From Naegleria gruberi (Eukaryota): DNA of 64,000 bases. The notes below the pieces were generated by a model. It saw nothing but the letters and a program-made list of their open reading frames with translations. It ran no database searches and was not told the origin of the DNA. Below, in pieces: positions 10,009-21,271 of the stretch (position 1 is the stretch's first letter; each line of letters opens with the position of its first letter). A program made the position numbers and the translations under genes. The stretch lies in NCBI GenBank assembly GCA_000004985.1, contig GG738849.1. One strand, 5' to 3'.

Positions 10009-13000
10009 TTATTTATTGAGCATTTCTTTCAAAGCATTCTTTTGTTCAGTGGTTAACATCTTTTCCAAGTGAGGTAATACTTGTTGATTGACTTGGCATA
10101 ATTCCTTCATCACTTGAGGAAGTATCTCAATAAGATTTACATTATTAATTGGATCTTTTGATGACAAGACATCGTCAAAGTACTCCTCTTCATCATCGTC
10201 AAAGTCATCATCAACAAGTTGATGTAAATAATCATCCTCAACATTAGAATCTGTACCCATAGGCTCACCACCATACAAGACACTTTCAGCAGAATATTCC
10301 TTCTTCTTGTCGTTTTCATTTTCCTTTGCTCTCACAAAAGCATCAACCAAAAGAACAAATGCATGAAGAACAAATGGCATTTGTCTTTCCTTTGTCTTTG
10401 ACTTGGATCTAGTTCTGTATTTTCCTGATGATTCCTTTTCAATTTCTACGGATACAGTAACTGTTCCCAAACGTTCATCTCCAGTTTGGAGCAATTTAGC
10501 CAAAGCTGTTGCTGTAACCTTTAACTTGTAAGCTCCAAAGAAAAATTGTTGATTCTTGGACCACTTATTCAAAAGACAAACTAGCCCATTAGAATCTCCA
10601 ACCTTGATTGATTCCAAAAGGTTGAACATTTGCACAACATCTTGATGATGGAAAAGCTTGGCAAACACAAAAACTATTGATTGAATGAAGATTAATTCTT
10701 CTGAGACATTCAATTTAACAATGCAAGCAGATAGAATTTTTCCAATAATTTCCATGTTAAGTGCAGTACCAAGCTTGGTAAAAATTTCAGTAATTAATTC
10801 GCCAACACCAAAAGCAGCTGATTCACTGAAATTTGGTTGCAACAATCTGTAAATATATTCCAATAAGAAGTGGAATGAAGAAACTTGGTGGTTTTGACTT
10901 GTAAATCTGTGTTGAACTAGAATTTCCTCACTCACATGAACAATGGATCTCAGGCATTCATTGATTTTTTGGATCCATGAAGGATCTTCATTGGAAAATC
11001 CAAGAGACATCAAACTAGGGAAGAGAGAATTCAAAATTGTAATAGAATCTTCCTTCTTTGCACGAACAATAATGGTATTAGACAAGTTGAGCAAATTCTC
11101 TACGAAATCTGATTTGGTGGCAGTTCCACTACTTGTGAAAATTTGAGCAATTCGTGGAATGACATTGTTAACGAGTTGAGCCTCAGTTTCTGGGATTTGT
11201 GCAAGCTTGTCGAATACATTAATAATATCACTTGAAATAGCATGATCATTAGAAAACTTGTCCAATTGATTCAACATAATTGAAATAACATTGGCGCTTT
11301 GAGGAACCACAACATGAGGTAAGAACTGCAATATTTAGAAATTTAGAATCACTCACACACATATAACAACTTACATTTACAAAAACAGCAATGCTTTCCA
11401 ATGGAATGTACATGGTTTCATCTGTTAAATCATCAACCAATTTACACATACAAAAGAGAATGTTTTGTAAAATCTCATCCTTTCCTTGTCCAAATGATGA
11501 GATGAGAGGTTCCAAAATTGGTGAATGTAAACAGAAAATTCTTGCAACTGCTTGACAAGAGTATAATCTCAATGGAAGTGGTTGTTGCTCGTTAAGGTGA
11601 TTTACATAAATAATAAATAATTGCTTGATCAGTTCAAGACTATTGATCTTGTATAGTTTGGTATTACTGATTTGTCCTAAGAAGAAGCTTGAACATTGGA
11701 TGGCTCTCGATTTCAAAAATTGCAAGCTTTCTGTGTTGACTTTCAAGTCATTTTGAACAAGTTGATTCATAAGAGATGGCAGATCGAAAATCTTTGGATA
11801 ATCTTCAATACTATCTCTGAATCCTGTAAAACTGGAAATACACATCAAGCAGGCTTCTCTGAGTTTCCACCAAGTACATGAATTAGAATTTTGAATATAT
11901 AAATTTTGTGATTCTTGCATTCTCTTGTGATATGCTTCAAGTAAACTTTCAACTGCTAAATTATCATAAGTATCATGGAAATCTTCAATCAATTTAGCAC
12001 AAGCAATTCTAATACTATAGCTGGAATATTGATTGTCTTCCTCAGAGACAAATTGTTCTGGTTCAGTTTCCCAAAGTTCTGTCATACTTTCTGGTAATTG
12101 AGAGTAACCAATTAATAAATAAATTAATTGAACCAAATTTGCCTTGCTAGAAGATAGCAATGTTGAAAGCTTTGGATTTAAAACAATTGTCGCCAAAAGT
12201 TCAATTTGTTGACAAATTACTGTTGTAAAGTTAACATTTTCACCTTCACTATCATATCTAGCTGCAATTTCTTTTGTTGGAATACCACTTTCAGATGGCG
12301 AAAGAACAGCATGTTTAAAGTAAGTTTCATATTCCTTTTCCAAAGAGATACAAGTTGATTGTAAAACAACAATGATTGCTTGTTGTAATGTTTTTCCAAA
12401 CTCTTTGATAAGTGTATTCATCATCTTGACACATTCCATCTTGAATGAGCAATCAGATTCAACATTTGGAATCGGTTTGCAAATTTCTCCTAACACTATA
12501 TTCATAGTTGGCTCCAAAGCAGTAGCCAATAATTTCTTTGATTCTTCAATGAGACGATCATCAATAACTCTTTCTCCCTCCTCTGGAGCTTCTTCATAAA
12601 CTCCATCATCCCCATAATCATCCACATACTCATCATCTTCATCAGTTACATCCCCTGATACCATAGCAATTAAAGAAAACATTTCTGAACAAACAGTAAG
12701 AGCTTTAGCTCTAATAATATCAGGTAATTGAGCATTTTCAGCAATTTTCAACATGTAAGGTACTAAAACTGGAAAAACGAAAATGGTATGCTTATCAGAG
12801 AAGTGTTGAGCAACAAGTGACAAACACTTGAGAGCACCCAATGATTGAGCAAAATTTTGTTGATTTGTTAAACCATTTTCATAAATATTAATTAAAATTT
12901 GAATCAAATCATTCCATTCCTCAGGAAATTCATGTTCAGCTGCCTCTGATATACTCATACCAAAAGCTGTATTAATTTTTGAAAGGAAAGCAGGAGGTGT

Positions 13001-13522
13001 ATCAACTTCAAAATCACCAACCATTAAACCCAAAGGAAGAAGATCCTTGAATTGTTTTTTCAAATCTGCTGATGTAATAGTATTCCAATGTGTTTTAATA
13101 TAACCCTTCAATAAAACTGCTGATAATTGTCTAACAGCAGGATTTAAAATAACATTCTTAAGTTGTGATTCTTGTTGAATAATTTGATGAAGAGGAAAGT
13201 GAATAGAACAATTAAACATGTTATTATCCGAAACACAAAATCTATTTCGGAATGGAATATAATCATAAAGTGATACATGTAAAAGTAAAATTCCATAATA
13301 TGAACATCGTGATGGAAATGATAATAATTCATTTTGTGCTCCATTAATTTCCTGTGGTGATACCATCACACCACCTCCAATCTTGTATAAACATTGAGCA
13401 AGAATAGAAAACTCGCGTTGGAGTTCTTCCATTGTGAGAGGTACAAATGAGCTGAAGGGTGGTACTACCGATGCATGTGATGATGAGGCGTGAAGCGGCG
13501 AACCAACAACTTTTGGCATCAT
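10009..13522 (-). CDS. Importin-9 / Kap114-type karyopherin-beta; two exons (13522..11375, 11325..10009)
   Basis: The N-terminus has an importin-beta N-domain (ESQLKNVILNPAVRQLSAVLLKGYIKTHW). The middle (YSSYSIRIACAKLIEDF...TWWKLREACLMC) and C-terminus (YKLKVTATALAKLLQTGDERLGTVTVSVEIEKESSGKYRTRSKSK...) align with importin-9, and the protein ends in an acidic tail. A 49-nt minus-strand intron (GTAAGTTGTTAT...TCTAAAT...TTGCAG) joins ORFs 11249..13522 and 10009..11331 in frame. Confidence 0.85.
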
Positions 13523-13659
13523 TTTTTTTCAACTTCAATTTTTTCCTTCTTTTTTCATTTATTATTTAAAACTGCGAAAGCTTAAAACCAACACAAGCCA
13601 AACTCTATTGAAGTAGAAGAACACTCGAAAAGTAACTTGGCAAGTTGAGAATAAATTTA

Positions 13660-15789
13660 CTAAAAGTAAGGTTCGTGAGGAAGGTGGTTATTTTGTTTGC
13701 AACGTCTTGTCTTTTTGATTTTTCGTTTGCCATCTATTGGAAAATTCCAATCCAAAGCAATATAAAACAGAATGGATATAAAGAGAACTCCAGCTAGTGT
13801 AAATTGAACTGTTTGAACAGAGAAGAGGGTTCCAAAAACAATTCCAATGCAAACACCCAATGATTGAATTATTTTGAAAGAGGAGAAGGCTTCACTAGTC
13901 TTGGCATATTTAAAGTAATCACCTGTTCCACCAAGTACTGAATAAATTACAACATTCAATCCAGAATCGGCTAGTCCACAAATAATTTGAGGAACAAAAT
14001 AAGTGATATAACTTGGAGGCCAGTAAACTGTAGCAAACGATGATGATATGGCCAAAACGTGGAAAATAATTGTGGCTATCATGACTGGTCTTTTTCCAAT
14101 CTTGTCACTCAACCTTCCAAACAATAGAGATCCCACCACCTCACTCAACCCAAAGCAAGCAATAGCCCAAGGAACAATGAATGAATTGGAATGCTTTTGC
14201 ATGACTCTTGGCAAAACTCTGTAAAAGAATGCAATAGAATAGCCAGAGTAGAAGAATATTACAGAGAAGAGGATCATTTTTGGAGAAAGAATTACAGAAA
14301 TAGTATCCTTAATGTACACCAACACATTGGCAATTATTGCCAAAAGTCTATCCCTTGTGGATGGTGGTTTCGGTAATTCATATTCAATTGTAGCTACACT
14401 GAGATTTTCCTCATACATGGAAGGTAAATTGGTGCTGGCTTCATCATCTGTATCATCATTGATAGTGGCCGATTCTACTGTTAAAGAAGAATCTGATTTC
14501 ATGACCACCGTTTTAGGGTAGATTGTTTTTCCTGTATCTAGATGTTTGAATGAGCTATCATTATTCCGTAAATGTTCTGTTCTCTCTACCTTTCTAGGCT
14601 GAGATTTAAGTTGCATATTACTTATAGTTTCATGAAATGAAATATTTCTCAGTGGTGTTAATAGAATAATTCCAAACAATGAGATGATAAATAAAATCAA
14701 AAATAGCCAAAATTCTCCCAATGATAATTTCAACATTGAGGTTGAAATTAAATTTCCCAACAAGGAATTAAGTTGATAAATTGCAAAAAAGACTCCAGAA
14801 TAAAGTCCCATTACGTCATCAGCATGTGAAAGACCCTTTCTCAGAGGTCTATATCTACTCACAGTAAATGCAGAGTTGAAATGATCAATTTCCATCTTGT
14901 TTCTTTCTTTTTTAGCCATTCTTTGATAATAATTGGCAGCTCTTGTCAAAATTTCTCCATTCGCTATCCATAATAAACTTCCTCCCAATCCTGAAATTGT
15001 AGACATGGTATAGGAAACTGGAGCCATCTCCACTGACAAGCTCAACACAAATAAAGCATACAAGAAAGCTCCAACAATAATACTCGTCCTAAGTCCAAAT
15101 AATTTAATAATACTCGGTGTAACTATTGAAAATCCTGACAGAGAAGAATAGAGAACAATGGCAGATGCTGTTATTCTCCTCCTAATTTCAGTAAAATAGA
15201 ATAGTAAAATATTAAATGCTGAAAAGAGAATTAGAAATGAAATTCCCAATACCAACACATTGAAAAATCCCTTGTTGAAATACTTGATTTTAGTTGGAAG
15301 AGATGTTTTAAATTTCCGAAAGAGTGGACTCGGTGAACTATTAATTAAAAGTGGTGATCTTATATTTTCCAAATGATGATAATTACTTCTTGATGATTTT
15401 ACTTGATCCATTCCACTCAATATTGAATTGTTCCGAGATAATTCATCATCATCAAAATCCAATTCGTAGGGATCATCGTCATCATCCAGTGTATTATGAT
15501 TTACTCTACTGGGCGAAATCTCTTGACGATAATTAAATCTGTTCTGGTTACGATTTGAAGAGGGTGATTGTTGATAGTAATATTCGGCATGTCCACTTGT
15601 TAATAGAGTATTGTTATTATAATCATAGTGATGATGAGCATTACGTGATGGAGATTGTATTATCGGGTGTGATGATACATTGTGATGATTAGGAATAGAG
15701 GAATTTGGTGTCGTTAGAGTTGTTGTAGTGGTAGTGAGCATCATATTACTGCTAAATTCATCCCCACTACGCGCAGCATTATCAGCCAT
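13660..15789 (-). CDS. UNC93-like major facilitator superfamily transporter
   Basis: About 710 aa with 11-12 hydrophobic spans and the UNC-93 signature region (SGLGGSLLWIANGEILTRAANYYQ). The N-terminus is low-complexity and the cytoplasmic loop is long. The first ATG is at 15787-15789. Confidence 0.8.
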   Translation of the reverse strand: MADNAARSGDEFSSNMMLTTTTTTLTTPNSSIPNHHNVSSHPIIQSPSRNAHHHYDYNNNTLLTSGHAEYYYQQSPSSNRNQNRFNYRQEISPSRVNHNTLDDDDDPYELDFDDDELSRNNSILSGMDQVKSSRSNYHHLENIRSPLLINSSPSPLFRKFKTSLPTKIKYFNKGFFNVLVLGISFLILFSAFNILLFYFTEIRRRITASAIVLYSSLSGFSIVTPSIIKLFGLRTSIIVGAFLYALFVLSLSVEMAPVSYTMSTISGLGGSLLWIANGEILTRAANYYQRMAKKERNKMEIDHFNSAFTVSRYRPLRKGLSHADDVMGLYSGVFFAIYQLNSLLGNLISTSMLKLSLGEFWLFLILFIISLFGIILLTPLRNISFHETISNMQLKSQPRKVERTEHLRNNDSSFKHLDTGKTIYPKTVVMKSDSSLTVESATINDDTDDEASTNLPSMYEENLSVATIEYELPKPPSTRDRLLAIIANVLVYIKDTISVILSPKMILFSVIFFYSGYSIAFFYRVLPRVMQKHSNSFIVPWAIACFGLSEVVGSLLFGRLSDKIGKRPVMIATIIFHVLAISSSFATVYWPPSYITYFVPQIICGLADSGLNVVIYSVLGGTGDYFKYAKTSEAFSSFKIIQSLGVCIGIVFGTLFSVQTVQFTLAGVLFISILFYIALDWNFPIDGKRKIKKTRRCKQNNHLPHEPYF

Positions 15790-15958
15790 TATTATATTAT
15801 TATTCAAATCAAGTATTATAAGTTGTGTTACTATTCCGTAAATAATCTTGAAGATAAGCTGTCGCCAATTTTTTGTTCAAAATTTGTGGGCTTCTTCAAG
15901 AGTTGAGTGGAATCATAAGAAATATTAAATAATAATATATTAATATTAATCAAAAAAA

Positions 15959-16558
15959 ATGGAAAGAATGACAGAGGTTCATCGTCACATTCTTCAAATG
16001 ATGATGGCACACAAATTTATGGCTGAAGATGAATTGACTCGAAAATTAGAAGATTTTAAGAATAATTTTCAATATGAAACTCTGGTGCAAAATAACAGTG
16101 AAGAACGATTTGATATTGATCTTTCCGAGTTTATCACAACAATTAATTCTGCACTAAATTTTATGGATATGAAAATAGTTAGAGAACAACATCCAAAGAC
16201 AAAGAAAATATTATATACATTAATTAATCAAACGGAGGATGAAATTTCAAAGCTTGCAACACGTTATTCTATTGATGAACTGGAATTATTTAAAAGTATT
16301 TGTGAAGCAATAGCTAATGATAATGATGAAATTCTAACAATTGTTGTGGCAACAAGTAAACGTCCAAAAGCACTTTCAGTGGAGGCTGCAGAACAAGCTA
16401 TCAGATTATTTATAGAGGAAGGCTGGTTAGAAAATTTACCAGGTCAAGGATTGAAATTTGGATTTAGATCACAAACTGATTTGGCCAACTATATTTCTGA
16501 ATTACAGACTCTGGAAGAAGAAGAAGAACCACAAGGAGAAGAGGAAGAAGAAGAATAA
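15959..16558 (+). CDS. Nse1-like protein (non-SMC element 1 of the Smc5/6 complex), N-terminal winged-helix part only, with an acidic tail and no RING domain
   Basis: MTEVHRHILQMMMAHKFMAEDELTRKL and ...DLSEFITTINSALNFMDMKIVRE...ILYTLINQTEDEISKLATRYSIDELELFKSICEAIANDN align with the human NSMCE1 N-terminal region (MTDVHRRFLQLLMTHGVLEEWDVKRL...KLEDFINNINSVLESLYIEIKRG...). The ORF ends after EEEEPQGEEEEEE. Tim10 occupies the downstream space, so no RING exon can fit. Confidence 0.65.
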   Translation: MERMTEVHRHILQMMMAHKFMAEDELTRKLEDFKNNFQYETLVQNNSEERFDIDLSEFITTINSALNFMDMKIVREQHPKTKKILYTLINQTEDEISKLATRYSIDELELFKSICEAIANDNDEILTIVVATSKRPKALSVEAAEQAIRLFIEEGWLENLPGQGLKFGFRSQTDLANYISELQTLEEEEEPQGEEEEEE

Positions 16559-16733
16559 TGTAACATATATTGAATCTAGGAACTAAATATTAACTAAATG
16601 ATATTTTATTAATCAGATTATTTCCGATATAAATAATATCACATTCGAATTGTTATTACTATTACTGAATATATTGAAGAAATGATCCAAATTGATGTCC
16701 TGATATTATTATATTACCGAATAATGCTTGTTA

Positions 16734-17066
16734 TTAATCAGAATAGTTGGCATTTGGGAAATCAGCATGAAATTGGTCCATAAATGTTCTGGTCAACTCT
16801 ACAGCTTCCAAATACTTGCTTATACATCTATTTTGACAAATCATTTCTCCAGAGTGAATATCATTATGTTTAAAATTCAATCCGATACAATGTTTAAAAC
16901 ACTGATTCACCATCCTTTAAAAATTCTATCCAAACCACCTCCTCACACCAATTACTTACCTTCCATAATTATCTTTAATATTATAGGCTCTAATCTTTGC
17001 CAGTTCCAACTCTTCGGGAGTTTCAGCAGTAGCAACAATCTTCTGTACTGAATTATTGTTTGTCAT
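16734..17066 (-). CDS. Small TIM chaperone (Tim10-like, twin CX3C); two exons (17066..16960, 16914..16734)
   Basis: The spliced product MTNNNSVQKIVATAETPEELELAKIRAYNIKDNYGRMVNQCFKHCIGLNFKHNDIHSGEMICQNRCISKYLEAVELTRTFMDQ... carries CFKHC...CQNRC and matches yeast Tim10 (LVNNCYKKCI...CLDRCVAKYFE). The intron is about 45 nt with a GTAAGT donor; the only frame-compatible acceptor is AAG. Confidence 0.75.
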
Positions 17067-17144
17067 TTTTTATTGAAGAAAAAACAAATGGATTTTGATT
17101 TAAAAATTATTTTTAAAATTACAAATATTAAAAAATTCAAAAAA

Positions 17145-19019
17145 ATGTCCTACAATAATAACTATCATCGGGATAGACAATATAATAACGGAGGAGGTTC
17201 GTATCGTAATGATAATAGAGGAGGATCGAATAATTATCAGGGTAGTAATAATAGCAGAGGAGGAGGAGGAGGAAATTATTCATCATACAATTCTCACCAA
17301 GCATCAGCTTCATCTTCTCATATTCTTCCACCATCATCAAATCAGAAAAAGACTAAAATTATTCATGTCGATCCATCAGTTGTACAAAAAACAAAACCAT
17401 CTGTAAATACAAGCGTTCAAGAAATTATTCAAAGAAGACAATTAAAGTATCCAATATCTAGTGTGAATATTAGTGTTGGTAAATCACCTGTAGAATTGCC
17501 AACTGGTGAATTTCCTAATCCATTGGAACATCCATCTATATTAATTGATACAAAAACAGGTATTGCAATTGAAGATTTGAGTGCAGATACTGAAAATGAT
17601 TATATTAAAAAGTTACTGGAAAGTTGTGGACCTTACGCAAGTTGGAAACGGTTGAAAGACACAAATACAAATAGATGGAAAACTTTTGGATTTTGTGAAT
17701 ATCAATCATGTGCATCAGCTATTCGTGCAATGAAACTTTTGAACGGATTGGAAATTGAACCTGGAGTGTTTATTAAAGTAAAATGTGGTAAAAAAACCCA
17801 AACATTTATGGATCAATATCAACAGAAAAAACTAGAATTATGGTCTAAAAGGTTGAAGGAAAAGGAAGAACAATTATCAAACTTTGATGGTGGACAAGAA
17901 TTAACACCAGAACAAAAACAATTACTTGCACAACTTGAACAGCAAATGGGCTCTGCTAATGCACCTGTAGAAATTAGAGATAAGGATAAAGTTGAACTTG
18001 AAAAGTTTGAAACAGCTCTCGACCAAATCTCACAAGTAATTATCAAAGATTTGGTTGGTGAGAGAATGAATGTGGAAAATGAAAATAGATCCAGAGAATC
18101 GATCAGTCAGCAACTTGCTGTCTCTAACACTGTTCAAAAGATTGCAGAGTCTGGTGTCAGTAACGAAGAAACAGAGGCTACCAAAAATGTAATTTATGAT
18201 GAAATTCGTCGATTCAGAGATAATGAAAGACTGAAGGAAGAAGAAACCAAACAAATTGAAAAGAGAAGCAGAGAAAAGATTTATAAGGAGAAGAGACTTA
18301 AACAATCCAAACAATTGGAAAGGGAGAGAAGAAGAAGATTGAGATGGGAAAAAGAGAATGAACAAGACAAGAGACAACGAGAAATTACCATCAGAAATAT
18401 TGAAGAATTCGAAAGAAGAAGGGAAAGAAAGTATGGAGGTATTGATGGAACAGGTCAAGATTATGATACAAGTGATGACGAGATGGATATCACAGAAAAG
18501 AAAAAGATCCAAATCGAATTGCAAGAAAGATCTTCAAATTTACCAAGTCAAACAGCTAATGTCTCTATTGGATACTCTGAGGAAGACGAACAAGAAGCAT
18601 GGAGTGGAAGAAAGAAGAAGAAATTATCAGCCATTGAGGAAATTGAAAGATCCAAACAACAAAGTGAATATTTGGATTTGGAAAATATTTACAAATCTCT
18701 TCCAGTATCAACGGCTGATATATTTGCCTTTGCAATTGATTGGAATATTGTTGATAAGTATCATCTCTGGCAAAGTTTAACCAAATTTGTTGATGAAGGT
18801 GTTATCAACTTGACAGGTGATTCTGAAGAAAGTTTAAGTCAATTTATTTTGGGTAAGATTGAAACTCACTCTCCACCTCAGGAAGTAATTGATGACTTGC
18901 TTGAAATCTTTGATGACCAGACTGAACAATTTGTAGTAGGGTTATGGAGAAAGCTCTTAGTGGAAATGATAAGAAAACAACGTGAAGAAGAAATCAATAA
19001 TCAAGAAATTAATGAATAA
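17145..19019 (+). CDS. RBM25/Snu71-like splicing regulator (RRM, then an ER/RE-rich region, then a C-terminal PWI domain)
   Basis: RRM-like block GFCEYQSCASAIRAMKLLNGLEIEPGVFIKVK. Long charged R/E/K repeat region. C-terminal PWI-like sequence DIFAFAIDWNIVDKYHLWQSLTKFVDEGVINLTGDSEESLSQFILGKIETHSPPQEVIDDLLEIFDDQTEQFVVGLWRKLLVEM. aaaaaaATG at 17145, 78 nt from the divergent Tim10 start. Confidence 0.75.
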   Translation: MSYNNNYHRDRQYNNGGGSYRNDNRGGSNNYQGSNNSRGGGGGNYSSYNSHQASASSSHILPPSSNQKKTKIIHVDPSVVQKTKPSVNTSVQEIIQRRQLKYPISSVNISVGKSPVELPTGEFPNPLEHPSILIDTKTGIAIEDLSADTENDYIKKLLESCGPYASWKRLKDTNTNRWKTFGFCEYQSCASAIRAMKLLNGLEIEPGVFIKVKCGKKTQTFMDQYQQKKLELWSKRLKEKEEQLSNFDGGQELTPEQKQLLAQLEQQMGSANAPVEIRDKDKVELEKFETALDQISQVIIKDLVGERMNVENENRSRESISQQLAVSNTVQKIAESGVSNEETEATKNVIYDEIRRFRDNERLKEEETKQIEKRSREKIYKEKRLKQSKQLERERRRRLRWEKENEQDKRQREITIRNIEEFERRRERKYGGIDGTGQDYDTSDDEMDITEKKKIQIELQERSSNLPSQTANVSIGYSEEDEQEAWSGRKKKKLSAIEEIERSKQQSEYLDLENIYKSLPVSTADIFAFAIDWNIVDKYHLWQSLTKFVDEGVINLTGDSEESLSQFILGKIETHSPPQEVIDDLLEIFDDQTEQFVVGLWRKLLVEMIRKQREEEINNQEINE

Positions 19020-19134
19020 ATTATTTCACTAGCAATAATTACTTTAGTATTATTTAGCTTTTTGAAATGCAACACACTCAGCCAGTTCTTTAATAATTTA
19101 ATAAAAATCCGACGAATTTATTACATAAAAGTAT

Positions 19135-19725
19135 TTAGTTTCCCTTTTGTACAGCTTCCATAGTCTTGTTGAAAAGTTCATCTTCCGATAACTCTTCTGT
19201 GGATGTAGAAACAGTTTGTGTAATTTCTTTTTCTGGCTTTTCCAATTTTCTCTTCATTTGCTTTGTTAATTTGTATTCAAAAGGAACTCTCTTGTATGTT
19301 AATTGACCTCTCAATGGTTGAATGGCAGCGACTTTGTGTCCTCTCTTCAAAATTGTAAGAATTTGCTTCAAGTGTCTCTTACTATTGATAAGTCCTGGGT
19401 GTCTTGAATTCATTTCTTCGTACAAGACGGATGATGTTGCTCTTCCCAATTCGTTGAGTGTATTAATGACGTTATGGATTGGATAGGATGGTGTTCTGTT
19501 GTTGGTAACAGTCTCCAAGGTTTTACCCTTTAAACGATCCAATTCAGAGTCTATCGTTTCGGTAAAACTACTATTATTGTTATTAGTCATAGAAAAACTT
19601 CTACATTGTTGATAAAAGTTAAATGATGATGGTTTATGTAAGAAAAGGGTTGGAGTAGCGAATTTGTTGATGCTACCAGCAGATGAAAGTTTGGTAAGAA
19701 GGGAGAGTCTCTTCATTTTTTTCAA
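19135..19725 (-). CDS. Small basic protein with a presequence-like N-terminus; possibly a mitochondrial (ribosomal?) protein
   Basis: 196 aa. The N-terminus is rich in R/K/S/L without acidic residues (MKRLSLLTKLSSAGSINKFATPTLFLHKP). The C-terminal half is basic (RVPFEYKLTKQMKRKLEK). No confident family assignment. Confidence 0.4.
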   Translation of the reverse strand: MKKMKRLSLLTKLSSAGSINKFATPTLFLHKPSSFNFYQQCRSFSMTNNNNSSFTETIDSELDRLKGKTLETVTNNRTPSYPIHNVINTLNELGRATSSVLYEEMNSRHPGLINSKRHLKQILTILKRGHKVAAIQPLRGQLTYKRVPFEYKLTKQMKRKLEKPEKEITQTVSTSTEELSEDELFNKTMEAVQKGN

Positions 19726-19849
19726 TATTTTTATTTATTATTTTTTATTTTAAAAATTTGCAATTTTCTTTTTTTCACTCCTTAGTTGAATTGTTGGAGG
19801 AAATGTTGTCTTCAACTCCAATTACTAAGAATTTTAATTTAAGAAAATT

Positions 19850-21271
19850 ATATAATAGAAGGAAGTTTTTAATTTAATGATTGGTTGGAGTAACACGAAT
19901 TGGGTGAGCTTCAGTATTGAAAACAAACTTGTCAATTGGAATGATATGTTTTGGAGAGAATAATAAATAGAGATATTTCAATGTTTCAGCCAAGAAGAAT
20001 GATTGTTGGAAATCGTCGTGAACTGGAGACTGTGTTGCTACATTTCGAAGTCCACTGTAACCACCAGAGGCAATTTTGCATTTTGATTCAATTGCTTGGA
20101 AAATCTTCCATCCCCATTCTCTGTACTTTTCATCACCAGTAACTCTGTACATGATGAAAATACTTTCAACTGTTTCTGGTCTTAATAAATAAGTAGAGAC
20201 ACCAGGGTTAAATTTACCGCTGGCAGTGTCAAAGTGGAAAGTTTCTGGTCCAATTCCTGAAGGCATTTGAGCATAAGTTTCATAACATGTTCTTGTGAAT
20301 TCAGCACCAGTTTCAATTTGACGCTTATTTGAGATTTGGAATCCAGGAGTGGAAACATTGAAATAACCACCCAATGCAAACATACCAGCTGCAAAACATG
20401 CCAAATGGTCAACCTTGTGATGAGCTCTACCTTCGTATTCTGCAACATAGGTATATCCTTGGTTGGATTTGATAACCATATTCTCAAAGATACCCTTCAA
20501 AGTTGCCATGTACATGAATCTATATTTTTCAGCACCCTTTGTTCCTCTATTCAACAACCATTGTTTCAATAAATATTCATAGAATGAATCTCCCAAAGCA
20601 CCCAAAGAAACATAGTTAGAACACCAACTTCCAGAAGTTGGAGATATTTTGAGTGGATATAATCCATTGTCTGGCTTTTTGCTTTCCATGATATCCATAA
20701 CCTTAGTTACAGCATTATGATACTTCATATCCCCAGTCAATTCACTCAATCTTCTGAATTCCAATTGAAGAGAACCAAGTTCGCTCAAAATTGCACAATT
20801 ATTAGCCCAAGCAAATGTCTTTTTGGATCCAGTCTTCAAGTTAATTTCCGAATATGGAATACCAGTTGGTGAAGAGAAGGCAGGAAGTAATCTGTCAGCC
20901 ATATCTTTGGCTTTTTCGAGGAAGATCTTTTCCTTTGTCAAATCATACGCACTCACAAAACCTCCAACAACACGAATAGTTGTTTCAAAAACACTAATTC
21001 CACCATTAATTGTTGAAAATGAAGGCATGTCATTCTTAACATAATTCAATGATTTTTCATATTGTTGTTTCAAACCCATGATAACCATTGTATCAAGTGA
21101 ATCAATCAGTGTCATACCAAAACCTTTTGAGCTAGCAATCCAATTATGATAACCTTTGCTTACTGGTCTATATTCATCCTTTCCCCAAACATGTTCATAT
21201 CCTTTGAATGCGTGAATGAATGCATCTCTTACAGCCTTTCTTTTTTCGTTTGCACTGTCACTCATAAAATC
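19850..21271. repeat. Inverted segmental duplication, arm A (GH47 catalytic domain plus about 20 nt of 3' flank)
   Basis: The reverse complement of about 19850-21271 matches 47081-48505 with long perfectly identical tracts (including the last 170 nt of the CDS and the stop) interspersed with diverged patches. Confidence 0.8.

Noticed and set aside
13150-13340. Possible in-frame intron in the importin-9 N-terminus (the hydrophobic stretch CSYYGILLLHVSLYDYIPFRNRF...)
   Set aside because: It aligns acceptably with the corresponding Kap114 segment (LLQWCDSDASQVFKALANVAL) and no phase-compatible GT..AG pair with good signals was found.
16728-17051. Plus-strand ORF of 107 aa
   Set aside because: It is antisense to the well-supported Tim10 gene and has no start context. 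It is an artefact of AT-rich sequence.
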